A DNA stretch of 62,736 nucleotides, the filler included, from Basidiobolus ranarum (lineage: Eukaryota), in assembly GCA_040143965.1 (NCBI GenBank). It is 18 parts of 18 records of this genome, joined end to end, with 100 filler letters (N's around TTAATTAATTAA, not from the genome) between each part and the next. Parts side by side here need not be neighbours in the genome. Positions count along the whole stretch, not along the records: positions 24,481 to 27,871 come from JASJQH010002517.1; positions 27,972 to 31,362 come from JASJQH010002518.1; positions 31,463 to 34,853 come from JASJQH010002519.1; positions 34,954 to 38,343 come from JASJQH010002520.1; positions 38,444 to 41,833 come from JASJQH010002521.1; 13 more parts are not named here. The stretch is one strand, 5' to 3'. Below the pieces are notes generated by a model. That model saw only the letters and a list, made by a program, of their open reading frames with translations. It was not told where the DNA came from and made no database searches. Below are positions 26,645 to 38,852 of the stretch, piece by piece. The position numbers and the translations under genes are program-made. Positions within the stretch are counted from its first letter, which is position 1. Every line of letters starts with the position of its first letter.

Positions 26645-27765
26645 GCTATATAGTCATATAAAGCTTGGTACTTGGTTATCTTATATTTTACTAAGATATT
26701 ATCCATTATTCTCAATTGGAATTAACTTAGAATATTTTTACCACCTTTGAAGTTCTCAGATGTATAGATTTTTCAAACTTATACTAGAAGCCCCAAACTT
26801 TGCACATATGTTTCTGGGACCTTCCTTACCACATACTACATGTAGCTTGCTACATCTTGACAAAACTATATATGTCAATTTCTACTCAATAAATCAAGAA
26901 GTGAAAATAACCAATTTCTCTAATTCTCCAAACCACTTCCAACAGGCTCCCAAACACTATAATAGGTTATGAGCCCCAAGCTTGCACTCTCTATAATATC
27001 TACTTCTCAAATTATGGAACTTTTCCCTCTTCTGAATAATTGGATAGAACCAATTGTCTAGTTTGGAAAATTAAAATGAAAATGCCACTGCAAGAAAAAG
27101 GACTCTGGGACACTGTTCTGGAGAAGAAAGTAATGTAAAACTATCTGAAACCAAAGTTTTACTCCAGGTTAAAAAAGAGCAAAGTGCCTGTAACACAATT
27201 TGCCTTAATGTTAAATACAAATTGCTAATTCAATGTTCAAGAGATAAAACTGCCAACAAGGTATGGAAAGCCTTGGAAGACCCCTGCCAAACATGTTTTG
27301 CTGCCAGCAAGATGTTTATAAGAAGACAATTCTTTAACTTATAGATGAAGCCAGGTGAAGACATTGAATCACTTATTAATAAAGTCACTATTTTAGTGGA
27401 TGGAACACAATGCATTGGTGTATCCAACACTGATCAGGATATCATAGTTACAGTCCTGAATATCCTGCCACACAGGTTTCAGAGCCTAGTAATAGCTCTA
27501 GAATCAAGAACTGCAAATCTGCCCTTAAATTATGTATTTGGCAGACTTCTGGATGAAGATTTATGCAAATTGGGATCCAACCAAAAGAATGAAAAAATCC
27601 TTTAATTGGCCATGGGAAGCCTTCCAATAAAGGTTAAAAGGACTTTACAAAGAAAAGTAACAATAATGTGATAGCTGTAAAAGAAATGGCCTTTTAAGCA
27701 AAGATTGCTTTAAAAGAATTGCAAGAGAAGAAAAAAGCATTGAGTCTGGAAATGCAATTACAACA
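26645..27765 (+). mobile_element. Ty1/Copia LTR A + PBS + decayed gag
   Basis: The LTR end is followed by GGTTATGAGCCCC, then gag MKPGEDIESLINKV...LP.RFQSLVIALESR. Interrupted by LTR B at about 27766. Confidence 0.88.
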
Positions 27766-27971
27766 TGTTGGATAATTAATCTTTATTCAACATCATAGTT
27801 AACTTTAGTTATGATACATATATCAGAAACAGAAAGCAACATATCTATAGCCCCTATATTCTAAATAGGTANNNNNNNNNNNNNNNNNNNNNNNNNNNNN
27901 NNNNNNNNNNNNNNNTTAATTAATTAANNNNNNNNNNNNNNNNNNNNNNNNNNNNNNNNNNNNNNNNNNNN

Positions 27972-29530
27972 CAATCATGAAAACATAATCAGTAATTGTC
28001 AGGGAGTATCTGACAAGGTTCCAGTTGCATTTGTTCCTAGTTTGACTGATATTCCAGCCCTAGTTACATCAGAGCATGATTCAGGTCTTGGCAGATCATC
28101 CACAAGGAGAAATAATTCAATGACCTGGTGGAACACATTCAATAGTATTATCTATTCTTATGCAGCATTCTGTGACAAGCCTCAGACTTTAGATCAAGCT
28201 CTAGAATGTCCAGAAACATAATTATAGCAAAGAGCTTTGTCTGACAGGTTTTCTTTTGCTTCAGGACAATTAAATGTGGGTTTCAAGGCTTCTACCAGCA
28301 GGGAGAAAGCCAATAGGTTGTAAATGAGTTTACAATGGCAAATACTAAGCTGATTGATTCACAGAAAGGTACAAAACAAAATTAGTTGCAAAAGGTTATT
28401 ACCAGACTCCAGGTGTTGCTTATTGTAAAACCTTTGCTCTGGTTGCTATGTTTAACTCCATTACATCATTCCTTGTACTCTCAGCCATGCATATTCATGA
28501 TTTGCATTGATTAGGTGTAAAAACAGCCTTTATAAGTGGTAATCTAGAAGAAGGCAACTATATGGAGCAAACAGATGAGTTTGTTGCCTTAAGACACCCA
28601 GACATGGTCTGTAAGCTGCAAAAGTTGCTATATGGACTCAAGCAAGCATTCAGGGCATGGTACAATAAGATGTACACCTTTTTGGAATTGTAGGAATTCC
28701 AAAAAGCACATCAGTTCACAGTATTCACATTAAAACAACTGGATATAGGACCCTTTCACTTGGCACCATATGTGGATGACGTGCTCATAGTCACAAATGA
28801 TCTGGGAGCACTTAATGTGACAAAAAGCTGCTTATCAAACCAAGTTAGATGACTGATACATGTGAATTAAGCTATTTACTTGGCATCCATATCAAGAGGG
28901 ATAAATCCAAACAGAAAATAACAATGAATCAGTCTATATATATCCTAACATCCTATTATCCTTCAACATGGAGAATAGCAAGCCTCTATCAACAGTAATA
29001 GATCCCAATGTGATCTTAATCAGACCTTTATCCAATTTGGCCAAAATGACTAAAAGCAAAGCCACAAGTTCCCATATCAATTGATGGTGGGTAGCTCAAT
29101 GTATACAATGGCTTGAGCTTGACCAGACATTGCTGTGGCAGTGGAATATTTCATCAAATATCTCAGAAATCCAGGATCTGAGCACAGAACTGCAGTAAAA
29201 TGAATATTTAGGTATTTGAGAGGAACTGTAGATATAGTACTGGAACACCCCGGCACTCCTGATGCACACAATTTTGTAATTTTAAGAGAAGGAGACTGGG
29301 GAGATAACCTTGACAATAGAAAATCAACATCTGGATACACTTTTTTCTATGGTAATGGAGCCATTACTTAGAATAGTAACCAGCAACTAATTAAAGCACT
29401 TTCTACTACAGAGACTGAGTATATAGTTGCCTCTGCTACCACACAAGAAGCTATGTGGTTAAGGAAGTTATTTATATATCTTTGATACATGCAAGAGTAT
29501 ACCATTACTGTATTTAAAGATGATTATGAC
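27972..29530 (+). mobile_element. Ty1/Copia RT-RNase H pseudogene (a different family from the LTR A element)
   Basis: Decayed motifs LVAKGYYQ, KLQKLLYGLKQA, YVDD, YQLMVGS..Y, RKSTSGYTF and STTETEY, with many stops and frameshifts. Confidence 0.9.
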
Positions 29531-29535
29531 AAATA

Positions 29536-31362
29536 TGTTTAGAGGACTTGGAAGTGTATGGGACAATACTTGGGTTTGTGCAATATACACTTGGGTTTTG
29601 TTGTATTGATTATGTTCTATTCATAGTGTGCCATGAGATAACACCACTGAATGTGCTTAGATTATAACAAACATGCCTGTTAAGTACAGGTTGAAATTTG
29701 AGTTGATATGGAGTAGTTTTGAGAAAATAATGAATATTGGTAAAAGTGATCTAATTGTTTATCTCTCAATTAGAGCAATAAGCACATGTTCTTGAATGGC
29801 AGATTTGGGTGCTAAATAATCAGAATAGGAATAAACTAATTACTAAATAAGGAATAGCTTGCCTAATTTCAATAAATTAAAGTTTTTTTTCATTAGCAAA
29901 AAACTCTGTCATGCAGTCACATCAGTTGCTGACAAGGACCATTGGGGATTTGCTATAGCACAGGATATAGGGCGAAAGAGACCATTGGAAACTATGCTTG
30001 CATTACACAAGTGGCAGAGAAAGGTACTCTCTTGCACTTGTTTACATCATGTAAACTATCAGTTGAGACAAATACGCATTCCTAAAATTACTTAGATACT
30101 TAGAAAACCCTTCAGGGATTATAAAAGATTAAAGATCTGTTTAGTAGCCTGTATCTTACACAGTAATATTTGGCAATGCAAAAGAATACTGGTGATTCTA
30201 TGATATACAACTACTTTGGATTCAAGTTAACACAGATCAGCTCTCTGACTTGGGGTCCCACTAAATGAGGAGGCCCTAGTCATGATACTGCTTGGGTGCC
30301 TGCTAAGAAAGCTTAGTAACTCATAACTACCCTTGAATGAAAATTGAAGCTATAAACAATGGAGTATGTGGGAATTTGGCATCTATATGAAAAAAGGCAG
30401 TATTAGATTTTGGAGCAAAATAATGATGATCAGCCAAATTTGGGAGCCCTAAGCTGTTCAATAGGCTCAAAGAATGGTGCCTCTAGTATGTGACCAAATG
30501 TTTGGAAGTATTGCAAGAAGTCATTTGATAAAATAGATGATTGTGGAAAGAGGGCTTCGAATAAGGTGCAAAGTTTGTAATAAGTAAATGATTCATGCAC
30601 TAGTGGCTTATTTATCTGCCTCTGCCCAATCAGGAACTTCTAATGGAGATCTAAAAATGAAGTATATTGATTCAGGAGCCTCACAGATTGTGGGAAATAA
30701 GAGCGATGCTTAACAAGTTAAGTCTACACATAATATCTAAGCAACAGAAGCAGTTTGTAAAGGCTCAGTGATGCTTAGTTTTGACAAGTATTCAGCTATA
30801 TCCTTAGTACAATTGAATGAAGTTAGTTAAGTACCCAACTTTCTTAAAAGTCTGCCATCAGTAAGCTATACAACATACCAAGGACTAAATATGGTGATTG
30901 GCAAGGATTGGTGCACTATCACCAATCTTACACTCCAGAGCAAGATGTAATTGCAGAGTGTGCTATTAGGACTGTTGTATTGGCTACTGAGATGGATTTA
31001 AGGCCTGCAACCTGTTTGATAATCATAATCAGAAGTTTGTTAAATGGCAAAATATGATTTTGGATAAAAAAGCAAGATATTCAATTCAAGTTATGGATTT
31101 GTCCAGAAAATACCATGAGCAAAATCAAGGAAGTGTTCAACAAAACTCCAGCTGCATATGAATTCAACTTATCCAATAATGCAGAACAGATCAAGTCCTA
31201 TAGTAGGATAAATAGGCCGGGGCACTTCTGGAATACTTTCACTCTTGATTTTGTAGCTCATGACCCTTTGTGACAAGCTATAGAATCTACAATAACCAGT
31301 GGGGTTCCCAGGATCAAACTGTGAGCCACATCAAGGTCTGATGATCTTTGTTCACTCAAGAT
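29536..31362 (+). mobile_element. Diverged LTR plus highly decayed Copia gag-protease relic
   Basis: The LTR-like segment is shared with 55596-55775. A YIDSGASQ protease motif sits at about 30663. Confidence 0.55.
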
Positions 31363-31464
31363 NNNNNNNNNNNNNNNNNNNNNNNNNNNNNNNNNNNNNN
31401 NNNNNNTTAATTAATTAANNNNNNNNNNNNNNNNNNNNNNNNNNNNNNNNNNNNNNNNNNNNCA

Positions 31465-32169
31465 GCCCTTCACAAGGCAGCCCTCACCAATGACGAAAGC
31501 ATCATTAACAAATTGCTTAACAAAGGAGGCCATATGGGCACCTCTAATCAATTTGGACTCACTGCGCTCGACATCATATACAACACTCCGAGCTTGCAGT
31601 CATTATATTCGCAACACATGATGACAGAGAATCAAAGGCATTCACTGGTTGGATTTTCAGAGCACAGAGGTCGTAGCCGTCAGCTTAAGCCCCTTAACGA
31701 GACATTGAAATATCTTGATGAAGAACTTCATGCAGAACCATTGAAATTGGGTGACATACTATCTGAGAGAGAAATGTCACCTCCAAGGTACGAAATCAAT
31801 TCGTCAGTGGCTCACACCCCCTATACTTCTTCAAGCGAACCACTACGCCGTGGAACCTCGAAGCTCACACAAGAAATCACTGATGTAATTATGATCAAAC
31901 CCAAAAAAGAATCAGCAATCCACTCTGGCTCCTCCGAAACATTAGTAGAAATAACTAAGAAACACAGAAAGAAATCCATGGATCTAGGAACATTTATTAA
32001 GATGATTAAGAAGAGGTGGATTCCATCCAAGAAGGATGAACATATACCTCGTCAAGAAAAACTGAAGAGTGCCTGGGATGAATCAGACTCTACACTCGAT
32101 TCATGTTGGAAGACCGACTCCAAACGATATAGTGTGCTCTCTCTAAGCCGAGTCAAGACTAATGTTTAG
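31465..32169 (+). CDS. Ankyrin-repeat protein, C-terminal part
   Basis: The frame is open from the contig start: ALHKAALTNDESIINKLLNKGG...NQFGLTALDI (ankyrin consensus), then a low-complexity tail containing SKLTQE. Confidence 0.8.
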   Translation, partial: ALHKAALTNDESIINKLLNKGGHMGTSNQFGLTALDIIYNTPSLQSLYSQHMMTENQRHSLVGFSEHRGRSRQLKPLNETLKYLDEELHAEPLKLGDILSEREMSPPRYEINSSVAHTPYTSSSEPLRRGTSKLTQEITDVIMIKPKKESAIHSGSSETLVEITKKHRKKSMDLGTFIKMIKKRWIPSKKDEHIPRQEKLKSAWDESDSTLDSCWKTDSKRYSVLSLSRVKTNV

Positions 32170-34092
32170 CTTAATTCTAAGGAGTCACAATTCTCTTCGT
32201 CATTGTTTATTTTTCGCTCGAGTCTTGATGTATATTTTTTATCCACCCAATATATAAGCCATCTCTAATTCTCAGCCTCCGGAAATTCTAGTTCGCATCA
32301 GTCACCCAAACCCCTATTGCTTTCCGACCGATTGATTCGTCGAAATATAAATGGGATTTATACTCAATATGATACCTTTTGCATTAAAATGATTCATTTA
32401 TTATCTAAAATAGCCGTAGAGAAATCATCCGTATCACATTGTGTGACAAGGGGGGCGGAGGTTGAAAACAGAAAATGGATATTGAACAGCTCATCCTTGA
32501 CCGTTTTGACTTACACCCAGACTTGAATCCAAACCACAATCTACTCGTATTGAGTGATGACTCTTTCTGCCATCATCGTCATTCCGGCCCAAATCCTATG
32601 CCTTACTAGCAATACTTAGATCCTAGCCAGTCACCGTTTGTGCGAGAATAAAAAAATCCTCTTTTGTTGTTACATTTCCCAATCCGCATGGGTTGAATGG
32701 TCGGAAACCAGATCTAAGTGATATCCTACCAGAGTACCTAGATATAGGAACAACTCCCCCCAAATCGGTATTTATCACTAATTAATGAAGCTATTTTCTG
32801 ACCCTAGTTCCAGGGTTACTTCCATGAATCCTCGGTGGAGACATACACTCACAATTGAAATCAGCCACAAATATCTGTGCAATGTACACGGCGCCAACAT
32901 AAAGCATATTTATAAACATGCATCTGGAGTAAGACGAACCAGTATCCTTTGAGCCACCAAAACCTGTTACAGCATGCATCATACTCCCATGATATATTCT
33001 GGCATATATTACCGTTTTGGTCACCCTCAGTCATTTTCGACTTTATTACCTGTAAACTAGGGCTAGTTGGGAACTTTTTCTCCTGTAACACCCAATAATA
33101 TGGCAAAGTGATCATTCTTCTGTAGCTTAATATTGGGAATGGCTTTATTTCGATATGTTTTCAATGCTTCCATTTACGTCTCTAGGCTCTATAAAGTCTT
33201 CGGAATAGGTTCAATCTAGCCTAGAAGTAAAAACTTCTATTGATGTTCGAGGTTGTTGTTGATTTCATATCAAAATAATGATAATCTAATTAATAGCGAA
33301 TGTTCAATATTCCGGAAATCGACATTTCTGATCGGTTACACTATCCCTTTGACTCGACCTAGGTATTCACCATGACAAAACCTACACACCGATATAGCCA
33401 GAGGAAACTAGAACTTGAAGAAACTCTCGAACTGGCTAGATTGGAGTGACACTTACGTTGTATAGATATAAAGTTGAGATAGATAGATGATTAAAAGCTC
33501 ATTCCAAGGCCGAATTATCTAGCACTCGTTCATCCACCTGCCAATTCTAAGATGTGGAATTGCTATTCTCAAATATGAATACTAGTTGAGGAATATATTT
33601 AGGTCAAGGATAACTAAAGATCGATCTATAGCTTCCATTTAGCATGAAATCTGCAATACTCCACCTTGAGCTATGAGAGAGTTCAGGACTTGTTCTTGAG
33701 CTGGAAACAATTATAGCAACAAGAACGATGTTTCCTAGACATCTTTCTATTTTCAAATTGAGAGCCTTAGCTACTTAAACAAGATAGGGTCAGTGAATCC
33801 AATATCTATAAGTTCTATATATTGGTAACCATTAAGAGTGTAGAATACATCAATACTTCAAGGATATTAGTACCTTTACTTCTTATCTTCTATGGTGACA
33901 TATGGAAAGAAACAGTTAAACCTATTCTAATTATCTTGCACAGCAAGTTCTGGAGAAACTTTTCAATACTTGGAATGTTGAACCACTCAGAATTGGTACA
34001 TGATTTTTGGTGATATCAATGTACTTGGCAGTTATTGTCACTGCAGGCAGGCTATGTATAATCCTTCTGATTACACTTAAAGCATTGTCAGC

Positions 34093-34171
34093 TGAATAAC
34101 AAATAGACATTTGTGAATGGCAAATAGACATTTGTGAATGGCAAATAGACATTTGTGAATGGCAAATAGAC
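34093..34171. repeat. 21-bp tandem repeat (TGAATGGCAAATAGACATTTG), ~3.8 copies
   Basis: Near-perfect units are directly visible in the sequence. Confidence 0.95.
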
Positions 34172-34954
34172 TGAGCAGTAGTTGAGCTTGATATGGTGGG
34201 CCACTTGGCAAGAGCTCATTACTTAGATAGATATCATGTTGTTTAAAATAAAGGATTAAAGAAATATTCCTAGGTATGCAACTGTTCAGAAATTTCTTAA
34301 CTTCAGTTATTGATATGCTGACATGGATTACTAGTCATAGCTAGGATTTGTTGCGGTATTTTGGGAGCCTGTTGGAAGTGGTTTGGGGAATCAGAGAAAT
34401 TGGTGGTTTTCACTTGTCAATGTATTAAGTAGAAAGTTGACATTTATAGTTTTGTCAAGATATGTTGGAGGATCTTAACTTAATGGGGGTAGACTTTGTA
34501 TATTAGACTTGTTCCATTTTATTGAGCCAGATCAGGCCAGCTAAAAAGTGTGCCAGCACAAATTGGCATGATTGGGCACTATCTGGCACAATGTTATTTA
34601 CCATTTTGGAAACAGTTTATTTTACTTATGTGGTATGTTTAAGAAAAGTACTTTTAGACATTATTGCACATTCAAAAGATAATGAAAGATTTATTCATAG
34701 TGTCTTAAGTCTAGAGCTCTCAATGGATATCTTTGAGTATGGATGTATTGAGAATTAATCAAGATTTTGACTACTTTGCCTAACTTTGATTGAGGCCCAC
34801 AAAATGATTTTCCTCTATACTTTCCTGCTACAATGCTATATCTCTTTAGGAAANNNNNNNNNNNNNNNNNNNNNNNNNNNNNNNNNNNNNNNNNNNNTTA
34901 ATTAATTAANNNNNNNNNNNNNNNNNNNNNNNNNNNNNNNNNNNNNNNNNNNNG

Positions 34955-35176
34955 CCTAGTGGCAATGTAGAGCAAGTATCAGTATTTTATGCCATACCTC
35001 TAGCTGGAAAGAAGGAAGATTGGTTGAATGGAATGCTTAAAGGATGGGATGGGTTCACTCGAAAAGCTAACAATTACATCGATGTCCCTGGTGCCCATTA
35101 CACGCTCATGAATCATCACTACGTTCCTTCGTTCCAGAAGTACCTCAAAGCAGAGCTAAGCCGATCAGGAATTTGA
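34955..35176 (+). CDS. NRPS-like A-T-TE enzyme (atromentin/quinone-synthetase-like), thioesterase C-terminus
   Basis: Translates PSGNVEQVSVFYAIPLAGKKEDWLNGMLKGWDGFTRKANNYIDVPGAHYTLM...FQKYLKAEL*. The VFYAIPL, EDWLN and YIDVxGxHYTL motifs match the TE end of AtrA/GreA/InvA-type synthetases. Absent from the ORF track. Confidence 0.88.
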   Translation, partial: PSGNVEQVSVFYAIPLAGKKEDWLNGMLKGWDGFTRKANNYIDVPGAHYTLMNHHYVPSFQKYLKAELSRSGI

Positions 35177-35514
35177 GCATATTTTCTTTTTATGTATACA
35201 TCTTATATCACACAAACTTTAGAATAAATCACAAACCATCAAACTAAACATATTGAAGAGTGTTCTTCAGGTGAAGGACACTGCAAAGGCAGATATAATT
35301 CTTGTTTAAACTTATCTGCCGAACTGTGAGTCTCTGAAAATTTGTGAAAATCATTAGACTCAGTAGGCTTGCCGGCATCACGAGTCTCTGAAGACCTGTT
35401 AATGTTGCAAATACCTGAGGACTTGCTAGGATTGCGAATACTGATGACTTGAGAGTCACATAAACCTCCAACGATGTCTGAGTATCATTGGTCTCTTAAG
35501 ACTTATGAACATTG

Positions 35515-35800
35515 TGAGCTGTGTTACAGGACAATTGTAGGTTTTCAAGATGCTTTACGGGACCACAACATATTTTCGGACTAGCGTTATAGGATAGTTG
35601 CATGCATTTGGACTAGCGCTACAGGAAAATTAGGTGTTTTTGAGTTGCGTTACTTGACATGCATTCCAGGACAATTACACGTTATTGAGCTGCCTTACAG
35701 GATAATACTATGTTTACAAGTTACAGTATAGGACAATTGCATGTTTACGAACAGGATAATACTATGTTTAATGGCTGTCTTACAGGACAATATCATGATA
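35515..35800. repeat. Degenerate ~31-bp minisatellite (consensus approx. TGAGCTGCGTTACAGGACAATTGCATGTTTT), ~9 units
   Basis: A TACAGGACAA/TATAGGATA core recurs at about 31-bp spacing. Confidence 0.7.
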
Positions 35801-37973
35801 ATCCGGGAATCTGGGAATTCGGGAATGCAATAAATTGTTGTACACTAGACAGAAATCAACAGATACTGATTTGGTGTGATTCAGTGACGTCGCCACCATC
35901 CCCATTAACATCAGATAAGCCAAATGTGTGTTTGTAAAGAATTGATCATGAGCTTGTTGACTTATTCCTAATTAAGTTACGGAATGACTGAGGAAATGGT
36001 TGAGGACACTGACTGTTGAGAAGTAAGAATATACAAGCATCTGCAATATGATGGCCAATGGATAATTTTGCTAAGAATATTACTCCCTTTCTTGAAGATA
36101 CAAGCTTTGAAGCAATGTTGAATTGAGTGCCTCCACAGACAATATCAATGATCTTGGTTTACTTAAACTTGGCAAAACATCCCTGTTTTGCAAAAGAGTA
36201 GGTGGTAATATTGTTGAAATTAGCATTGCCTAAACACCTATATAGTCATATATAGCTTAGCATTTGGTTATCTTATATTCATCTAAGAGATTACCCATTA
36301 ATCTCAATTGGAATTTACTTGGAGGTTTTCAGATATATAAATGTTGGACAAACCGTGATGGATGGAATTTCCGCAGTTATCGAAGTTCTATTATTTCATG
36401 TCTATCATCGCTTTTTATAGAAAATTCAGTATTCCACATCCCTCTCGTCATATTTTTGTCCAACTTCAAGTACTTGGGTAAATTTTTGTTGAAGTGGTTT
36501 ATTTATATCTATTATATTAATGTTACGAAAGCTACGAAGAAATTGATGTGTTATTCACATTAATCAATCAAGTAAACACTTTGATTATTTATAGCATTAA
36601 ATATCTTTTGAGTAATACACTGAATTCCAAACTTTAAACAATCCTTTTAATCGTTACCGTTATTGAGAAATGCGGATCAAATGTGTTATTAGAGGTGAAT
36701 GTTAAGAGAAGTAAGAATAGTTGTATATATCTGAATCACCAAAATAGCTCAGTAACATTCTGAACATTGACACTAGAAGAAGCCATATAGTTTATTCAAG
36801 TATTCTCCCTTAACAGTTCCTTAGGAATTAGCCACAAAGCACTCTGACATTTCAAGGTTGGTTAAATTCATCGCTGGTTAAATTCGATGAATGAATCTGT
36901 TTCCGATGTTGTTATATTCAATACACATATCAATACATATTCTGCTATTTCTATCCGATACTTGACTTGGTTTGTCTATTTAGATAATTTGTCAATTGTT
37001 GAAAGTCAGATATTGCATGCATTACTTATGACGACTATATATTCTCTTCGCTCTAGGTTATAATTTCTGTGAGTTTTACCTGAATTTTACCTTACTGACT
37101 AGTTATTCACCCTTCACACCTTGGCAGCTGATCGATCATTGATTCTTTGATCGAGGTACCAAGTGTCACCCAATAAGAACTGGAGTAAACAAAGATAAAG
37201 TGTAACATGAAACAGACCCAATCAGTTATCACTGCTTCATAGTTCATAGTTCTATGGACGTAAGTGCATGAAAAGTGATTATTGACTATCCTTGATTGGT
37301 TACAGGTGACTCTTGGTCAAGGGTTGTAGTTACTAAGAACCTCTGGTAGGTAGTGTAATTGTCTAACTATTAGTGTAATTCTCAGGGTAATATGGATGGA
37401 GATGTTAGGGTTAGATGAAGATGTTGGTGCGAATATCAGGTTCTTGTGTTATTGTCGGAGTTTATAAAATTTCAGTGAAAATAGTCATTTGTATGATCTA
37501 GGTAGAAGCGAGGGAAAAGTAGAAGTTGAGGTAGCCGCGAAACTAGATTATTGTTACAAACATCTTGTTACCCCAACAGTTGCAACACTAAAATGTTTCA
37601 GCCAATCATATCTGCCAAGAGTTCTGGCAAGTTCTACATACATGTTTCTATAGAATATAGGACGATAGTGGTATCTGCATGAGCATTTTAAAACCGATTC
37701 ACCAATAACACCGTCCTCACTGGTTCAGCGCTTAGGGATCTCGCAATAAAATAAATTCATAAAAAAATATCCAGCATACATATCATAGCTTCCGTAATGC
37801 ATGGGCTATGAGTGGATCGTTAAGCGGAAAACAAATAGATGAATATGAAACTAGCATGTAGAGTGGCTATAAATAGCGAGTGGTAGTAAGTTATATTCAT
37901 CATTCATACTCACTCTATACCACAACTAACTATCTGACATCTGAACCACTAGAGATCAATACTTCCTAAATAG

Positions 37974-38045
37974 GTAAGAAGTTATATCGCATGTTGGCAA
38001 CGTAGATATACAACTAACCTTATTTTGCAATTAATCACTTTTTAG
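37974..38045 (+). promoter_or_regulatory. 5'-UTR intron and TATA box of the NRPS-like gene
   Basis: GTAAGA...ACTAAC...TTTTAG ends 13 nt before the ATG at 38059. TATAAATA at about 37868. Confidence 0.65.
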
Positions 38046-38058
38046 CATATTTTACAAC

Positions 38059-38343
38059 ATGTCGAAATCAATCAACAACATGAACTTACTACAGGCCCTC
38101 GTTGATACAGCCAAAAACTATCCAACCCGTGGCCTTTACTATATCAATAGTTCCGACGATATTGCAAATCCTTCCTTCGATAGCTACTCCAGTCTTCTTA
38201 CGCGGGCATATAATATTGGCCAAGAGCTACGCCCACTCACACAAAATACCTCTCGCCAAATAGTTGTACTGTATTTTGACAATCATCAGGATACAATCGA
38301 GCACTTTTGGGGATCGTTAGCTGCTGGTTTTCTACCGTGTATT
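38059..38343 (+). CDS. NRPS-like A-T-TE enzyme, adenylation-domain N-terminus (truncated)
   Basis: LLQAL..TA..YP.RGL...SYSSLL...IVVLYFDNHQDTIEHFWGSLAAGFLPCI resembles the N-terminus of alpha-keto-acid-activating fungal A-T-TE enzymes. Confidence 0.8.
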
Positions 38344-38443
38344 NNNNNNNNNNNNNNNNNNNNNNNNNNNNNNNNNNNNNNNNNNNNTTAATTAATTAAN
38401 NNNNNNNNNNNNNNNNNNNNNNNNNNNNNNNNNNNNNNNNNNN

Positions 38444-38722
38444 CAAATCACGCTTGTCGCTGGTGGTAGAGGATTGTTTTTGTACTATTTTCTCTTCAAC
38501 TTTCATAGAATTATCTTGTTCTGAGTAGTCAGCGATTGATGATAGGACAGAGCTCACTAAAGATACATCCTCACGTTTAGTATGGCCACAGAACCATCTG
38601 CCGCACAGATCGTGCAAATCTCTCTTGTCTCCGGCTAATTCTTCGGTGCCATGACCCATAGGTAGACTTTGAGCAGCCATAGTGAAGACAGAAGAAGCAA
38701 CTAAAATGGTAGCGAATTTCAT
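38444..38722 (-). CDS. Secreted Kex2-processed repeat peptide precursor 1 (core DLHDLCGRWFCGHT), 3'-truncated
   Basis: MKF signal peptide, then KR-DLHDLCGRWFCGHT-KR (38579-38620), an acidic spacer and a second KR-DL at the contig end. The likely start is the ATG at 38722. TATATAA about 60 nt upstream. Confidence 0.9.
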
Positions 38723-38831
38723 ACTAGTATTGAAAGATACTTGGGATTGATATGATAACGGCAAACTGTCGCCTAGCTACTTATATAGCTTGGTGATCTT
38801 TTATGTTGGAGGCAAAATTTGGATCATGCGG

Positions 38832-38852
38832 AGTTGATTGATTCCCAGAATA
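38832..38852 (-). promoter_or_regulatory. Conserved upstream motif of precursor 1 (TATTCTGGGAATCAATCAACT)
   Basis: 19/21 identical to 41427-41447 upstream of precursor 3. Both lie just upstream of a TATA box. Confidence 0.55.

Noticed and set aside
32540-33130. Gene-like, CpG-containing minus-strand segment (similar cases at 3800-4270, 14600-15200, 22850-23330, 26250-26640)
   Set aside because: No intact frame or recognisable motif, so I cannot support a call without a homology search.
33931-34152. ORF with MSICHSQ repeats as another repeat-peptide precursor
   Set aside because: It is only the translation of a 21-bp tandem repeat, with no signal peptide and no KR sites.
38059-38722. Apparent hybrid cluster of the NRPS-like gene next to the peptide precursor genes
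   Set aside because: A spacer separates them. The two contigs are neighbours only because both are 3390 bp long, so there is no evidence of physical linkage.
38723-38764. N-terminal extension MPLSYQSQVSFNTS of the ORF-track call 38396-38764
   Set aside because: It uses a non-ATG start. Alignment with the paralogues puts the start at the MKF ATG (38722).
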